64,000 bases of DNA, from the NCBI GenBank assembly GCA_964035545.1, contig OZ037766.1:11460722-11524721 (forward strand), read 5' to 3'. The DNA comes from Bugula neritina (taxonomy: Eukaryota; Animalia; Bryozoa). Position numbers and translations under genes: made by a program. The notes below the pieces were generated by a model. The model did not search any database, was not told where the DNA came from, and saw only the letters and a program-made list of their open reading frames with translations. Positions 38,972-52,654 of this stretch are shown here, piece after piece (position 1 is the first letter of the stretch; each line of letters opens with the position of its first letter).

Positions 38972-41900
38972 TTAGTATATTCTATCTACGTCAGCATAGC
39001 TACCATTGTAAGACCACAGCGCCTCACCAAAACCGAGATTGAACTTCGGACCATACACGTCATTTCCCTCTACAGTAATTACAAATATGCATTACTATGT
39101 ATTGAAAAGAGTAGTAAACCCATTACCCCCTGAGCATTGAAACTACACTCGTATAACGTGGCCATTTGCTTCATTGCAGCTGACAAAAAAAAACTGGCCA
39201 GCAATAGTGAAAATGTGAAAGTGACCAGATGATTGTAAAATATTCACAACTGTCATAATTTTTTATAAAACTGAAAATAAAAGTATACCATAACATTTTG
39301 ATGATTAAGCACTTTGTTACATTCCACAAGAAATTAATGTTGAAAATGTGCCGAATTATCACCAGAATATATGCAGAAACTATTTCAAAATAGATGAGTA
39401 TGTCAACCATTAGAGTTAAACTTATCTAATAGTGATCAGAAGGTATTGAAATAAAGATGATTTGAGTCAATTAGATAAGACAACCCTTAACTATTTGTTC
39501 TACAGAATGAAAGCCTGATAATTCCACTGCAACCCTCTCACTATATACAGTGTGCACTCACTTTCAGAAAAAGACATCTGCCAATATCACATATTCACAA
39601 CTATTCGGATTATCACAAAATAAGGGAGGAAAGTATTTTCAAGCTAACTTACTTTCCACAGCAGCATAAGCATCGGCCTTGGAGTAAAAAGTAACGAGTC
39701 CATAATTTTCTTTTCTTTGTTTCAAGAATATAGAGACTTTCTCAATTTCTCCGAATCCACCAAACCGTTTGCGTATATCACTTTTTGTATATTTGCTACT
39801 TATTCCTCCGACATAAACCACCCTTTGCTCTCCCAATGCCTTCTCGTGAGCCTTTCTATCTCCACTGTGTCGATGAATTACAAAGTCAGAGTTGCTACCA
39901 ATCGACGGCGATCTAAACCAATAGGAACAGTAAAATGTAGAACTAAGTATCACTAATGATGAAGATCTGCAAATGGCCGAGTGAACTAAAAAGTAGTTCA
40001 AGCTCTATTAGTCCAACAGCAAACATGTGAATGTGAAATTACTACACAAGTTGAGCAATAATAAAAACCAAAATGGGAAGTTTTACTATTCTTGACTTAT
40101 TTTTGCAAGTTATACGAAGCCATTTGAAAAATAAAAACTGTAGTCAAACTTTAGCTTTAAAATCAAATAGAAACGGCCACACTCGCTAATATTGAAAACA
40201 AAATAATATAGCCGAACCATGGGCATAGCAGTATATAGGAATAATGAGGTCCTTATATGAACACGTTGTGTTAATACAGTTGAAGTGACAGTCAGCAAGG
40301 AAGTTCAGGATAAATCTGGGAAGATGGGAAAGTAGACTCACCTGCTCTGAGTGGACGAATTGCTACACGGACTAGAAGGTAGAGATGGAGGATATTTCCT
40401 CCTTTTACTTCTGGAACGATAATGTTCAGTTTGCCTGTACTTGCTTGATTGACTAAAAATTGATAACAAAACAGAATTGAAGACAACCTAACGGAATGCT
40501 AGTCCCAGCAAAAAGTGGCTAGAAAAAGCACATGAAACTGCAGCAAAAATATGGTAAATTAGGCCAAACACTCCGTCAATAAAACTGAGCACCAATCGGT
40601 TGAATGCTTTATGCAACAGTTTTTTGCCATACCTAGATTTTGAGAGATGCGATTTCGTTTGAGAGTATCTGGAAGACGGTCGCCGGTAGTGACTACGCAC
40701 AGCCATGCCACAGCGACAGGAGCCATTACAGTCGCAGCTAGCGTCACTATTGTAACTATCCAGGGTCACGTCAGACTCGCTGTGGTTAGATCTATAGCTG
40801 CTGGTGGGCGATTCTGATGAACTACGACCAGAATCTTTCACTGCTATGTATTTCCTTTTCCTTGAACTTTCCCTAAACATGTTCAGTAATATTATTCATC
40901 ACATCAGTTCACATAGAAGCACCATCACTAGTGTCCAGTTAGCTAAAATACATGCACTTTAGATTTACAGTAGAGCATGACGGAAATTTCACTTTTGTGT
41001 CATAAAACTGGAATCTAAAACATTTCAAGTACAAATAACTCCAACAAGAAGTCGCTTCACTTCTTCCTCAACAGATATTATTTAAAAAATATATCATCAC
41101 AGCGCATATAACAGCTTAGTAACACACTGCATCGCAACAAATAAAATAACATGAATCAAAGGTTTCATCACCTAGCAAATTTTTATCAACAATATCTTGA
41201 GTAATCACTCAGTCCTCATTACATAATATGAGCATGAACACCTGCTTACCTGGCAGGTGAAGCCTGAATTCTGGAAAGTGGAGCATTTCCTCCTGCCATT
41301 CTTTCATCATCATCCTTGATTACAGCACAATCTTCTCCTGGCCGTGACGAGTCTGCTTTCAGCTGCAGGAAGTCTTCTTTTAGCTCTGAGACAGTTTCTT
41401 TTAGCTGTGGTGATGATTGGCGGCTAAAGCAAACCAATTTTGTTTACAAACATGCAGTTTTATCATAAGTAAAACAGATTGGTTAAAACTTCACGCTTTC
41501 CAAGTATAAGTTATATTTACAATTGCTCCTCTAGAATTTCTACAAATCAACTAAGTTTTACCTTTGGCTGTTGCTAGCTGAAGAGTTTGGTGATAATGGT
41601 AGACTAGATTGTGAGGCACAAGCAGATAAATATCCTAAAAGACAACATTATATATTACAGTTATATAAAAAAATTGAGAAAATTAAACAACGAATAAATG
41701 CTAAGCAATCACGATGGATCACCTGGAATCTTATCCAACAAAGTTTGAAGCTCATTCTTTATATCCCGGTGGCAGGTACTCCGAGTGGTACTTTCACAGT
41801 AGTCATGGTCAGTGTGACCTGCAGTGAGAGACAAAACAAGCTACATATATACAAGAAACAAAACACTTGAGTAAAAAGAGTTATTATAACAGAAGCAGGC

Positions 41901-44900
41901 ATATTATTAAATGATTGAAACTTTAGCCTAAAAAGTGCTGCCTATTTTTATTTAATTATGGTATTGATAATGAAAGAATAGAATACTTATTTTGGTTAAT
42001 ATTGTATTTACACCACTGCCTTGTTTACCTGGATTTTTCAAAGCTTGGGTTACATGCTTCGGTTTTTCTTTGCAGTTGAGTGGTGCTGGCTGTTGCTTAT
42101 GCGATAGATTTGCACTTGGAAGAGGTTCCACGGGGGTACGAGTATCTGTAGATATGGGATTGCCAGTTGGTTGTTTAGGCAGTGTCTTTTTACTCAACAG
42201 TTTGGGAGGAATGAGCAAGGCAGCTGGCATCATTGACATGTCTATTTTCTTCTGCTTGGTTTGAGTATCAGAAATAGAAGAGGCAGAGAGTGGGCTTTGA
42301 GCGTGAGCTGGAAGATTCTCCTTGTCAACAGTTGAAAATGCAGGTAAGCCAACCGGAGAGGTTTGTTTGAGTTTGTGTTCACTACTAATACTACTACTGC
42401 TACTAGAGCTGGAATGAGGAGAGTTTGCAATAGTATTTGTGGACGGCTTTATGCCTCGTAATTTCCTGTATTCGCTAAGAGTTAAAGTTGAGCGTTTGGG
42501 TGCAGGTGCTGCAGGTGGTACAGATACTGCCGGTGCTGCTAGTACATCAGGTGTGGCAGGTGTGGCAGGTACAACAGGTGCTGAAGCCACTACTATAAGA
42601 AACCAATTATAGGAGACAAATCAACAAATGATCAAAGTGAAGTTAAGGTATCAATAGACTCTTTGAGTTGTTATGCATACAGGAAAATTTTACATTATCG
42701 CAGCCCTGCATGTCAAAGTAATCAGTTTCAAACAATCCAAATCATTATAGCACATGGTTTGAAAGTAAACTGTAAATGTAAATCTATACCAAGACAACAG
42801 ACAGTATAAACACATTGGGTGAATAAATAAAGCTAGACTACAACGTGCATTACCTTTTTTTACAGGTGTGCATATGTACATTATTTAACTAATTTAAATT
42901 ACTGGATGTTAAATTCTACCTGATTATACTTGCTTCTAGAATAAAAAGTAGTTGTAACTTTGAGTTAATTACTGTGATCATCACAATGATCTCAGCTTTT
43001 TAGTTTAGTAGCATCAAAATTTATTGCAATCCAAATAAATATTTTTCCATTAATTTTTTTTGCATATTGGAACATTTAGTATTGGCAATAAGCTGTGTAA
43101 CATTTTATTAGCATTTCATACTGTTTGCTTTGCTATGTTCAATTTAGTATGCATTTGAATGCATTGATAAATTTACCTTCTTCAAACTTTTCAAACAAGC
43201 TATCCAAATCTTCAGCTTCAATATTATCAATACCTGAAACAGGAAAAATAAGCCATTGAAAAGACACCAAGTTGTCCAAACAGGAAAAATGAAGCAATTA
43301 AAGCACGTATATGTAAATCAGTATATTAGCAGTAAATCTGTCGAGGGACATGTTTAACCAAAAAACAAAGCCTCAATATTGCTCTGCATCAAACAAAAGC
43401 TCATTTTAATGGATTTTTATTTCAATGCAGGCAATTTCAGCAAGGCAGGGAGGGGCATCTCAAGTTCATCAGTGAAATACAAATAAAAAGTCACACTCGA
43501 CTGTATCATGTAATGGTAAGTAAGCCTTACCTTTTTGCCAATACAAACAATACAAAAACACCGAAGTATTACAGGATATCTGGCATCCAATCATAACATA
43601 TACCTAAGATTGAGAAGTTGTTGTCATCTAACCCAGAGGGGACTTCCAGGCTTTCAGTCAACGAGTCAACAGGAAGAACTGTTGATATTATTGAGTCAAA
43701 CACATGGTGACCTTGAAGCTCATCAAACTCGTCCACAAGCTGCTCGGGGTTATAAGGATTACACCCGACACAGCTTTCGTCAAAACCAGACGAGCTAAAT
43801 ACCATTTGCTATAAAATCAGACAAATATAGTAGGGAAGGCAACAAATAACCAAATTATTGAATTTATACTACATCTTGTTCACAATGTTCTCAGGTAATT
43901 CATACAGGTTAGCAACAATACTGTGACAATATAAATATTCACAATGGTCAAGTTGAGTATGAGCTTGAAAAAGCATGAATTAAAATAGAAGTCATTGACT
44001 TTTTATATACGTATTATGATCATATTTGACCATCAAAGTGATTTTATGACTTATATTCATTGCATACTGAAACTAGGCTATTCTTATTTTCAGTGTTCAA
44101 TAATAACAAATTAAACATTAGGATATAATAAATCTGAAAAATCAAGAGTTTCTATATATCACCTAACTTTAGTCAAGACCTACAATATTTAAGACAATAG
44201 TAAAGCACTTGAAACAAATTTTGTATGACGCTCCTAAGACCATTAGTGAACTCCCGAGTAAACTTTGTGATGGCACCTACCCAATCACAGGATGAATTGT
44301 GTTGAAAGAAAGTATTTATTCTAACATATACTCCAAAATATTATCAATACATGCTCTTGCAAGTCTAACCTAGTATGCTAAAACTTTTACACAACTACCT
44401 GATCAGACATGTGAATATACTGATTAAATTTATTGGCACTATTAAAATTCACAACTCACCAAGTTATTATTCAAGTAGATGGTGAGATTATAAAACTGAC
44501 ACATGTGAAATAATAAATGGCAGTCACCTGCTTCATTTGCAGAGCAGCATAATTTTCAAGACTAGCCATAGGTCTATATGTGCTGAGAGATGATCTTCTT
44601 AGATTATGAAAAGTTATAGGAGTGGTCCGTGCACAACAAAACTCAAAACTTTGGTCTACTGGTTTTAACTGATAATTAAACTCATCAGTAGACTCTACAT
44701 CAATTATCTCTTCATCTGACCCATCTCTAACAACATGAACAAAATTTCATATTTTTCAATGCAAAGAAAAATAGATAAACTGTACAATAGTTGTTCGAAT
44801 CTCGATTTTTAAAAAATGCATAGATTAACTTTTGATTTCAATAAACCCGTGGAAAAAGAATATAACACATTGTTTATCTTACTGTTCGCCTTCAGTCAAC

Positions 44901-44902
44901 AT
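38972..44902 (-). CDS. PPRC1: PGC-1/PPRC1 (spargel-like) transcriptional coactivator, 12 coding exons, ~698 aa
   Basis: Exons 44902-44883, 44726-44528, 43808-43604, 43233-43177 (DLDSLFEKFEE), 42592-42029 (Pro-rich, LTLSEYRK), 41818-41723 (DHDYC, LQTLL), 41634-41562, 41423-41250, 40872-40633 and 40452-40342 (Arg/Ser-rich), 39912-39653 (RRM: RVVYVGGI...NYGLVTF), 39069-38972 (KGND..PKFNLGFG..YADVD*). Total 2097 nt with consistent phases. The symbol denotes the family; an invertebrate copy would be co-orthologous to PPARGC1A/B and PPRC1. Confidence 0.88.
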
Positions 44903-46059
44903 GCTTGCAGCTTATTCAGGTCAAATGTTATCCAAGAAACTTCTGATAATAAATAACTTGCTGAACAGATTATCTGACAATGCTGCAAAATAAATTATGC
45001 ATCTAAGTTTAAAGTCTCCAAAATTGTTAAATAAATTACGAACTTATGACAAAGTTGAAGTAAATATAAAAACATGTTTTAGAAAAAAGTATGGCCTGTT
45101 TGCTTCATTAAGAAACCATACTGTAAAAGTCTTCAATAAACACACTAGTAGGACTAATCACATCTACTGATAGTATTAGTATTGGTGAGTAGTTCTGCTA
45201 GCACTATTTTAACTACGTCTACACTCAACACTGTTTCTTGTATTTGAAAATTTCAAAATAAGCAGTGTACCTGAAGTTTAACTTAAAGCTAGAGTTACTT
45301 GGCATAGCTCCTAGTCCTGAGTCATTATCTTTATGATTATCATTATAAATTTAATGAATAACCATTATTCATTAGCTCTAGTCTAACCAGTAAAATTTTA
45401 TGTTCACTTTTACAGTTTTAGTTTTACTTTTAAGTTGTACTTGTTACTTTTATTTACTTTTCGTCTTGATCAACTTCAAGATTCCATTTGGCTTTGTAGC
45501 AGTAGTGTCAATAATATTAATAATGATTATTCTAATCATTATGCTGAAACAATCAAATTTTAATTAGTTTTTACTGATCTAGTGACGATTTACTACTGTC
45601 TATTGATTTAGTCACTTAAGCCATCAGTAAATTTTTTTATGCAGACATTAACGTGAAACTGAAAGTGATCATCATGATCATCATGATGGACTCCTATTTG
45701 ACTTTCACTTTGTTCAAACAAAATGAAAATCATCAAATTAAACATGAACATTATCATTACAATTATCAGATTATGATTAAATTGAAATTAAAATAAAAAT
45801 TGAAATGAAAATGATCACTTCATTAAATTTAATAACGGTTTAACTTTAAGACCTCAACAGTCAACTTCAAGTTCAAGTTCATCTATATTACTATAATTTA
45901 AGAATAACTATAAGTATAAGTATAACTATAAGTTTTTTGCTTTAAGTTTAAATTATTGCAAATTTGCATTTTCGTTGCAAACTGAAACAATTAGTATTAC
46001 TACTAGTATTAGAATTTAAATCTTGAAACAATGACATTGACTAAAGTCCTCAAAATGAA

Positions 46060-46210
46060 ACTATCACATGGCACGATGCTTGAACAACGTGGTTTGTGAC
46101 CCTTGTGAGTAGGACGTGACGTACGCGCTTGGTTGCTAAACAACACGTGGTTCTTTACTGTAATGATGAGCTTGCGCTATATAAACAAAATATAGAAAGC
46201 GCCGTTGTTG
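46060..46210. promoter_or_regulatory. Putative bidirectional promoter between the PGC-1-like and C6orf163-like genes
   Basis: Local CpG cluster in an AT-rich background between divergent genes. It carries TGACGT, an X-box-like GTTGCTAAACAAC (46132-46144), CACGTG (46144-46149) and TATATAAA (46178-46185). A plus-strand donor AAG|GTAATA lies at 46434. Confidence 0.65.
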
Positions 46211-48010
46211 CTTCTCATATCTCAAGTGCTAACCAATAAAAGGACATATTCATATTTTTTGAAGCTGACCTGGCTCGCATTTACTTAGTGTTTTCCATCT
46301 TTGTGTAAGAATTACTTTGGCATGCAGCACAGATTGCATTGAAGTTTGCAAGTAGAGAAGCTCATTATAATATAAATACTGATACTGCTGCAATAGGAGC
46401 TCAAGTGGGGACATCAAAAACAAAATATTATAAGGTAATAGAAACCATTTGATTATTTTATAAGCGATATCTATGACACCACCATAAAACTTATTAATTT
46501 AAGATAAGAATAGTTGAGAAGATATATTTGTTCAATATAAACATGTTTTAATTTTTTGCTATATAATATATTTTTGATAAATAGGTAATTTCAGCATTCA
46601 AAAACTGCCTGTACTTTGCAGGCCTTCAGTTAACATTTTGAAAATAAGTTGAATGAAAAGTCTTGCAGTATCACCTTTATACTAGACTAGCCAACCTACA
46701 TTTAAGAATTATTGGTATAGGAATTGATAAATTTAATTTGCAGCTAACATAAAATCACCTTATATAATATAGAGGCTAATTAACAAGATAATAATATGTG
46801 TTACTGCATACTAGTACCACTATTATCACTATATAGCTTAAAACACCTTGAACTTTTACAAATGGGTATATTCAAGCTGTTGAATTTGCCAGTCTGAATT
46901 CCTGCTTGTTACTTTAAACAGTTCAGTTTATAAAAGTTGTCCTTGTCAGCTGGTAGGGGTAACCTGGTGCCTACCATGAAGTGTTTACACCATTGGGAGA
47001 ATATGCACAGTGCATGCTTGATAGATACAACATCGTACCTCAAAATAGCTGCTGACTCGGCATATAGAAGCATGAAATCCATAGACAAGTAACACTGTAG
47101 CCAATGCATACATTATAAAGTATAACAAAAACTATTTACAATATCAAACAATTGATTTTTATTTAGTACTAAGCAGAACTAAAAGTTATCACGGTCAGCA
47201 AGCATTGACACTTGAGAAATAATAAAAGGTTGACCCAACACCGTCTGCATTGCATTACATTACTGCTTTATTGGATAAACATAGCAAATGTATTTATAAG
47301 TTAAATGTTTTCAGAGTATAGGTAATGATTTAGAACTTAACTGATTGTCACAACTGGCTCACTTTTGATTAACTCTATGGGTAATTCTTCAACTATGGCT
47401 TCAGTATTTTTCTCAGTTTGCAGTAATAACAATACATGCATTCACAGATTTATCTCTGTGTCTGAATAATTTTAATAATATTTTTCTTAACTAGCTAAAA
47501 CATAATCAAATTATTGTTGCTAGATAATATTATGTTATTTATATAGTTAGATAGAGCAAATGTAAAACTATAAGACACTTACCTAAAATGCATGCTTTAT
47601 CTTTTGTACTCAAATTTATAACAGCATATGCTAAGTAATTATAGTCAATGGAGTTGTTTTTTTATTTAGCCATAATTTTGTTTCCAGATTTATTCATAAC
47701 ATACGTCAGCTAAGCGTAGAAAAGCAATAAAAGTTGTTTAAATTATGCAGTTTCAAACTCGATATATTTTAGCAGTTTATATGAATTAGTTCTATAATCA
47801 AGTCATACTACATTAGTTAGTTTGCCAGATGCTTAACTTAGTGTATTCAATTCTACTTCAGCTGTTTAAGTTTTTAATATAATATTATGGTCTTTTTAGT
47901 TTTAGAATATAAATATGCTATAACTGCATTGCTTTATACATTCATGCTTTACCATTTTCTTTATTCAGAACTGCACTAAACTCACAAAGCACTTAGAGCA
48001 CCTTATAGTT

Positions 48011-51000
48011 ATGTCTAACACCAAGTAAGTAGCCATGTTGGGAATTGTTGTGAAAAATAATGTTTGCTGTTTTAATTGTCTAACCTGCCATCAACCTAAT
48101 CTTGGCCTATAAGAACTGTATGTATTATATAACTTGCAGAGTGTGTCATTTGGTCCTTGAACCCCTCCTACGTAACAACATTGGGCTTGTTTGAAATAAT
48201 AACATTTTTGCATTTTTCAAAATTTGTTCATTCATGATTTGTTAATTTGCATAATGAAGGTTAATAAGTTTACCTTCGAACCATTCTAGCCAGGTGATCC
48301 TTGATTATTCATTTTATAAATAGGCTACAGTGCTCCATCGATATATTATCGCTAAGCTTCCGGCGAAGCCTCAATAGTAGAATAGTAGAATACAAGATTT
48401 AACTCACCAATCCATTAAATCCAGTCATTTTGTCCCTATACACACCTACATAAGCTACAAAATGGGGGTTCAAGAATTACCATTACCTAAGGAATTCCTA
48501 AGAAATATACCCATGAGATATGGAGGGGGCATTGTAGTTTCATACTGCCATTATGCATATTGAATACTGTAAAATTAAACTTTAGCTAAACATGCCTTTA
48601 ACTTATAATAATATATGACTTTGCAATGTCCAGGTCTCGTAATATAGCTTTTCGGAGCTTAGAGGTGTCCTCAAACGAGATAATGAAATCAAGGAGAGCA
48701 TATACAGTCCCCCAACAACTCCTACGGAGCTATGAGCTCCCAGCTCTAACTTCAGTTCACACAATTCCAAAAAGATATGAAGAAACTAAACCAGTTAAAC
48801 TACAAGATTTCACACATCAGCAAATTATTGGTGAGTTTAATTTTGTCTCAAAAATTATAAGTAAACATAGTTTAACTTTTGATGTCATATATCGCCATCA
48901 GAGTTCAAAGGTCAACCTCTTTTATTTCTCAATAAAATGTATCAGTTAAATTATATACAACTAATTTGTACACTAAAGTATTTCAACGAGCATGTTTTTA
49001 ATTATTTAAAATACTGTAAAAGGTTTTTAGGTGCTGATTAAAGTAACACTCTTATATTCTCTCCCATGCAATAGGACTTACAGATTATTATACAAATACA
49101 AAATGCTACATTATTCATTATATGGTCTGAGTGTGTAGTACACGCAGAATTGTATAAGTATTCTATTCTCTACCAGCAAATAAATGTTTCTCTGTGAAAA
49201 CTGTTTTAGGTTTCAATTGATATGTATTTAACTTAAATTGTTTTTCTATATTTGAATATTTTACTGGTTATTAGCTTTTTAGAATGAGACATTACCATTC
49301 TACTGTAACCTTCAGTCATATTGAATCCTTTTATTTTAGTAAAGTTTGGTAATGTTGCTGTATTTACGCTAGTATGTGCATGAAAATCATGAAGTCAACA
49401 GTTTTAGGTTGAAATTTGTGCGACTGGTTTTTCAGCTTTAGGTGAGCTTATAAATCGGCAATCTCATGAAAAGCAGGAAACATTTAGTCGTCTGGCTGTG
49501 GAGAAAGCTGTAGCTAGTACTTGGGAAGCTGCGCATCAGATAAAAGTGGAAGCTGTACAGGAGGCTTTGAACGCTTTGCAAATACAACATGAAAAACAAC
49601 TGAAAAAACTCTCTAGACAACATGAAAGAAGAGTCAAGGTTTGTTACAAGGACAACTTATACATATTTTGTAAATCTTCAATAAATTTGCAAAAAGATTG
49701 ATAGTTTAGTTATGCACTTGCGGCCACTTTTACCAGCTGCAGCAACTTATTTAGCTTTGACTTTGGATTATAAGCTATGCTTCAAGTCATTTGAAGAAAT
49801 CACTGTAGAGCCAACTGCTGTGAAAAGCCTTTGAATGTGTATTGTAAAGTGTTTTGTTTATTATTATAGTTTATAAGGTAATATGCCTCTATTGTTTTAT
49901 CAAAACTGAATAAATAGTGACTGCACTGTAATGCATGCAGTGTTGTGGTTGTTATTAAATGCCATTGTTATGAAAACATTTAGATGTATTGCTTGATTAT
50001 TATTATATTAAGTTATATTAGGTGCATTATTTTTTTCAGGTCAACAAGTTGCTAAAGCACTTTACTGGCATTTTTGACTTGCTTAGATTTAAAAACCAAA
50101 TTTCTAAGTTAAGGGTATTGTGTCACCCACCAATTTTTATTAGAAAGCTGATGAATTTCTTGAAAATCCTGAGGTTTATGGACTGGGAACTTTACCTTGA
50201 GCTATATTATTACTACTGTCTGAAAGTTTTTAGGCTTTACAAGAGAGATGGCCCAGGTTTTATTTGATTACCAGCCAAACTGTGTAGCATAGTACTTTTT
50301 GTAAATAGTTTCTTTGGATACTACAGAAGTTCCTCTGATTATACTCACCCAGATCTTGTTAGTCCAAGCAAATCAACTAGTCAATTGATACCACAATTAG
50401 TTTACTGTAAATATAATATACAGTACTGGCTGCTGTTTAAAACGTAAAAACTACTGAACAAAAGTAACTTTCTGCAAAAAGTTAATACTGTATACAGTAG
50501 GTATACTGCTGGGTTTGAATCATTTTTTTCAAGTACTTAAAAAACTTTGAATTTTGTTGCTGTGACTCCTAGCTAACCATCTATTTACGCAATCTTGTAA
50601 ATATTCTATTTTGATGTTATTTAGGAAGAGATATTAACAGTTGAAACTAAAATGCAAAACAAGATGAGAGAAGCTTTGGAAGCTGAAAGAAAGTTGGCTA
50701 ATCAAAAGTTGGAAGAGACAATTAATAAAGTAAGCGTAATTTTACAGATATATTGTAGATAAATGGAAAATTTGTTTACATAAAGTAAAACATTTTACCG
50801 CAAAAAGTTATATTTCTTGCATATTAACCTTATAATCAGTTGTAGCTAGTTCTAGGTACCTGGATACATAAATAGCGGCTATTACTATTTTTCTGTCAAA
50901 TAAAAAATAGTCTTTTTTTATAGGTTATGGCTTGGCTTGGGCTTTAAAGAAAATTTTTTTGCAACATTAATTTGCGGAAAAATTTAATAAAATTTGATTT

Positions 51001-52654
51001 TATTTTATAACACTGTTTATATGTCATTCATTGAGAAAACACCAACTATAAAGCTAGTTGAATAATGTATATATTTACTTGTTGTATTTAAAAAATTGGA
51101 TCTTTCAATTACAAAATATAAAATTTCTGGATAGAAAGTCATACGTAGCATTATTTAGACAAGTCAGCATTACTTGGATAATCCAGTATTGTTTGGGCAA
51201 GTCAATTTCATGCATTGGAGCTCTTGAAAAGCTTCACATTCACAGCTTTTACATTATATAACTCACATCGCTCTTAATTTGAAAGAATAAATAAAAATAA
51301 CTAATGAAGAAATGTTAAATTATTTTTTGTGAGCATAAATTGAGTCCATTGTCTTAATTCATCTGTGTAATGACTTTAGGATTTTATACTTTACTCAGAA
51401 TATAACAGTTCATTTTAGATAACTTTTCATGTATTATGAACACTTGTTTGTGCTTTTTTATATTTTATTGTGTTAAAATGAGCAATTTGCAAAAAGCTTT
51501 TTTATTAATCATAAATTAGGTTTTTAACTAAGAGCTGTTAGTGGCACATTATATAAATTCATTTAAAGCTTTTTTGGCATATAATGAATTTCAGTGACCA
51601 GTTATCAATATTTTATTTATTTAAAGTTAATTTAACTAGCTTTAGACAACAGTTCTTTAAAATTATTTACAAAATAACAAGCTATGAATAAGTTGCAATA
51701 GCTGGCTGTAGCTGATTACATTGCTTTCACTATTTCTTGGTGTGCAGGTAAAAGCAAACTGTGCAACGCAACTAAGGTTAGCAGTGGAAGCAGCCCGTGA
51801 ACAAGAAAGAGAAATTGCTAAAATTCAACTGGAGCATGCACAAAGGTAAATTTAATTTTCTCTACTATATGTAAAATTATATAAACCAACTAGAATTATT
51901 TTTTAGCTTTTTTCAAATGACAATTTCCAAGTCTCAACAGCACAGATTTGATTAGTTTTAAAAAAGCCATTAGAGCAATAAATGCCTACAAAAATATAGC
52001 CTAGTTTTTCTCAGGCATGGCGAATTTGGGAACTGTAAACTTTTTAAACTAGCAGGGTCTTACAAATTTCTAAATATCTGCATTTCGAATGCAAGCATAA
52101 TCGTGAATTACCAATATCCTTGATCCATATTAAAATCTGCAAATAACAAGTATATATACTGAGACTTATAAGCGTGTACAAAATTATTATATCTCATTTG
52201 TAAGTTGCTTCTTATGAATAGGGAATTTGAATCAACTCTGGAGGATACTAAAAAACTTTTACAAAAAGAAAAAGAACAAACATTAGAAAAACTGAAAGAG
52301 AAGATGAATAAAGAGCAGCTTGATGCTATCAAGAAAGTTCATGAAGAAGAACTAGTTATACGGCAGTCAGCACTAGCTGAGTTAAGAGCACATCTTGAAA
52401 TGAAAATTGACAGCCTAAACAACAAAATAAATGAGCTGGAAAAAGAGATTTTAGCTCGAGATGAGATTATTGAATCAGTGCAGAGTAAGAGGGAGTTGTT
52501 GTATGATCAACTTGTACAAGCTCAAACAGATTTTCAACATTTTATAGATCATCACCCACGATTTGATAGTGGTCAAACTAATTATTTGTTACCTAATGTA
52601 ATAGCAAATCCTCAAATACTCAATCCTTACCTTGAGAAGCAGCTCAATCCTTAG
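48011..52654 (+). CDS. C6orf163: C6orf163-like coiled-coil protein, 6 coding exons, ~349 aa
   Basis: Exons 48011-48024, 48634-48830, 49436-49638, 50625-50729, 51748-51845, 52222-52654 (1050 nt, consistent phases). The body is an E/K/Q-rich coiled coil. KPVKLQDFTHQQIIALG and DFQHFIDHHPRFDSGQTNYLLP resemble my recollection of the human C6orf163 termini. The start exon is tentative; ATG 48626 is an alternative. Confidence 0.78.

Noticed and set aside
41571-42430. Plus-strand and alternative-frame ORFs overlapping PGC-1-like exons, and similar ones over peroxidasin and WNK exons
   Set aside because: Antisense or shadow frames of real exons, with no independent support.
6623-43716. ERR-type TCAAGGTCA sites at 6623-6631, 14795-14803 and 43708-43716
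   Set aside because: A few 9-mer hits in 64 kb are near chance expectation, and one lies inside a coding exon.
44604-44632. Second HCF-binding-like motif DHSY in the PGC-1-like gene
   Set aside because: It lies in an alternative frame that stops three codons later, so it is probably chance.
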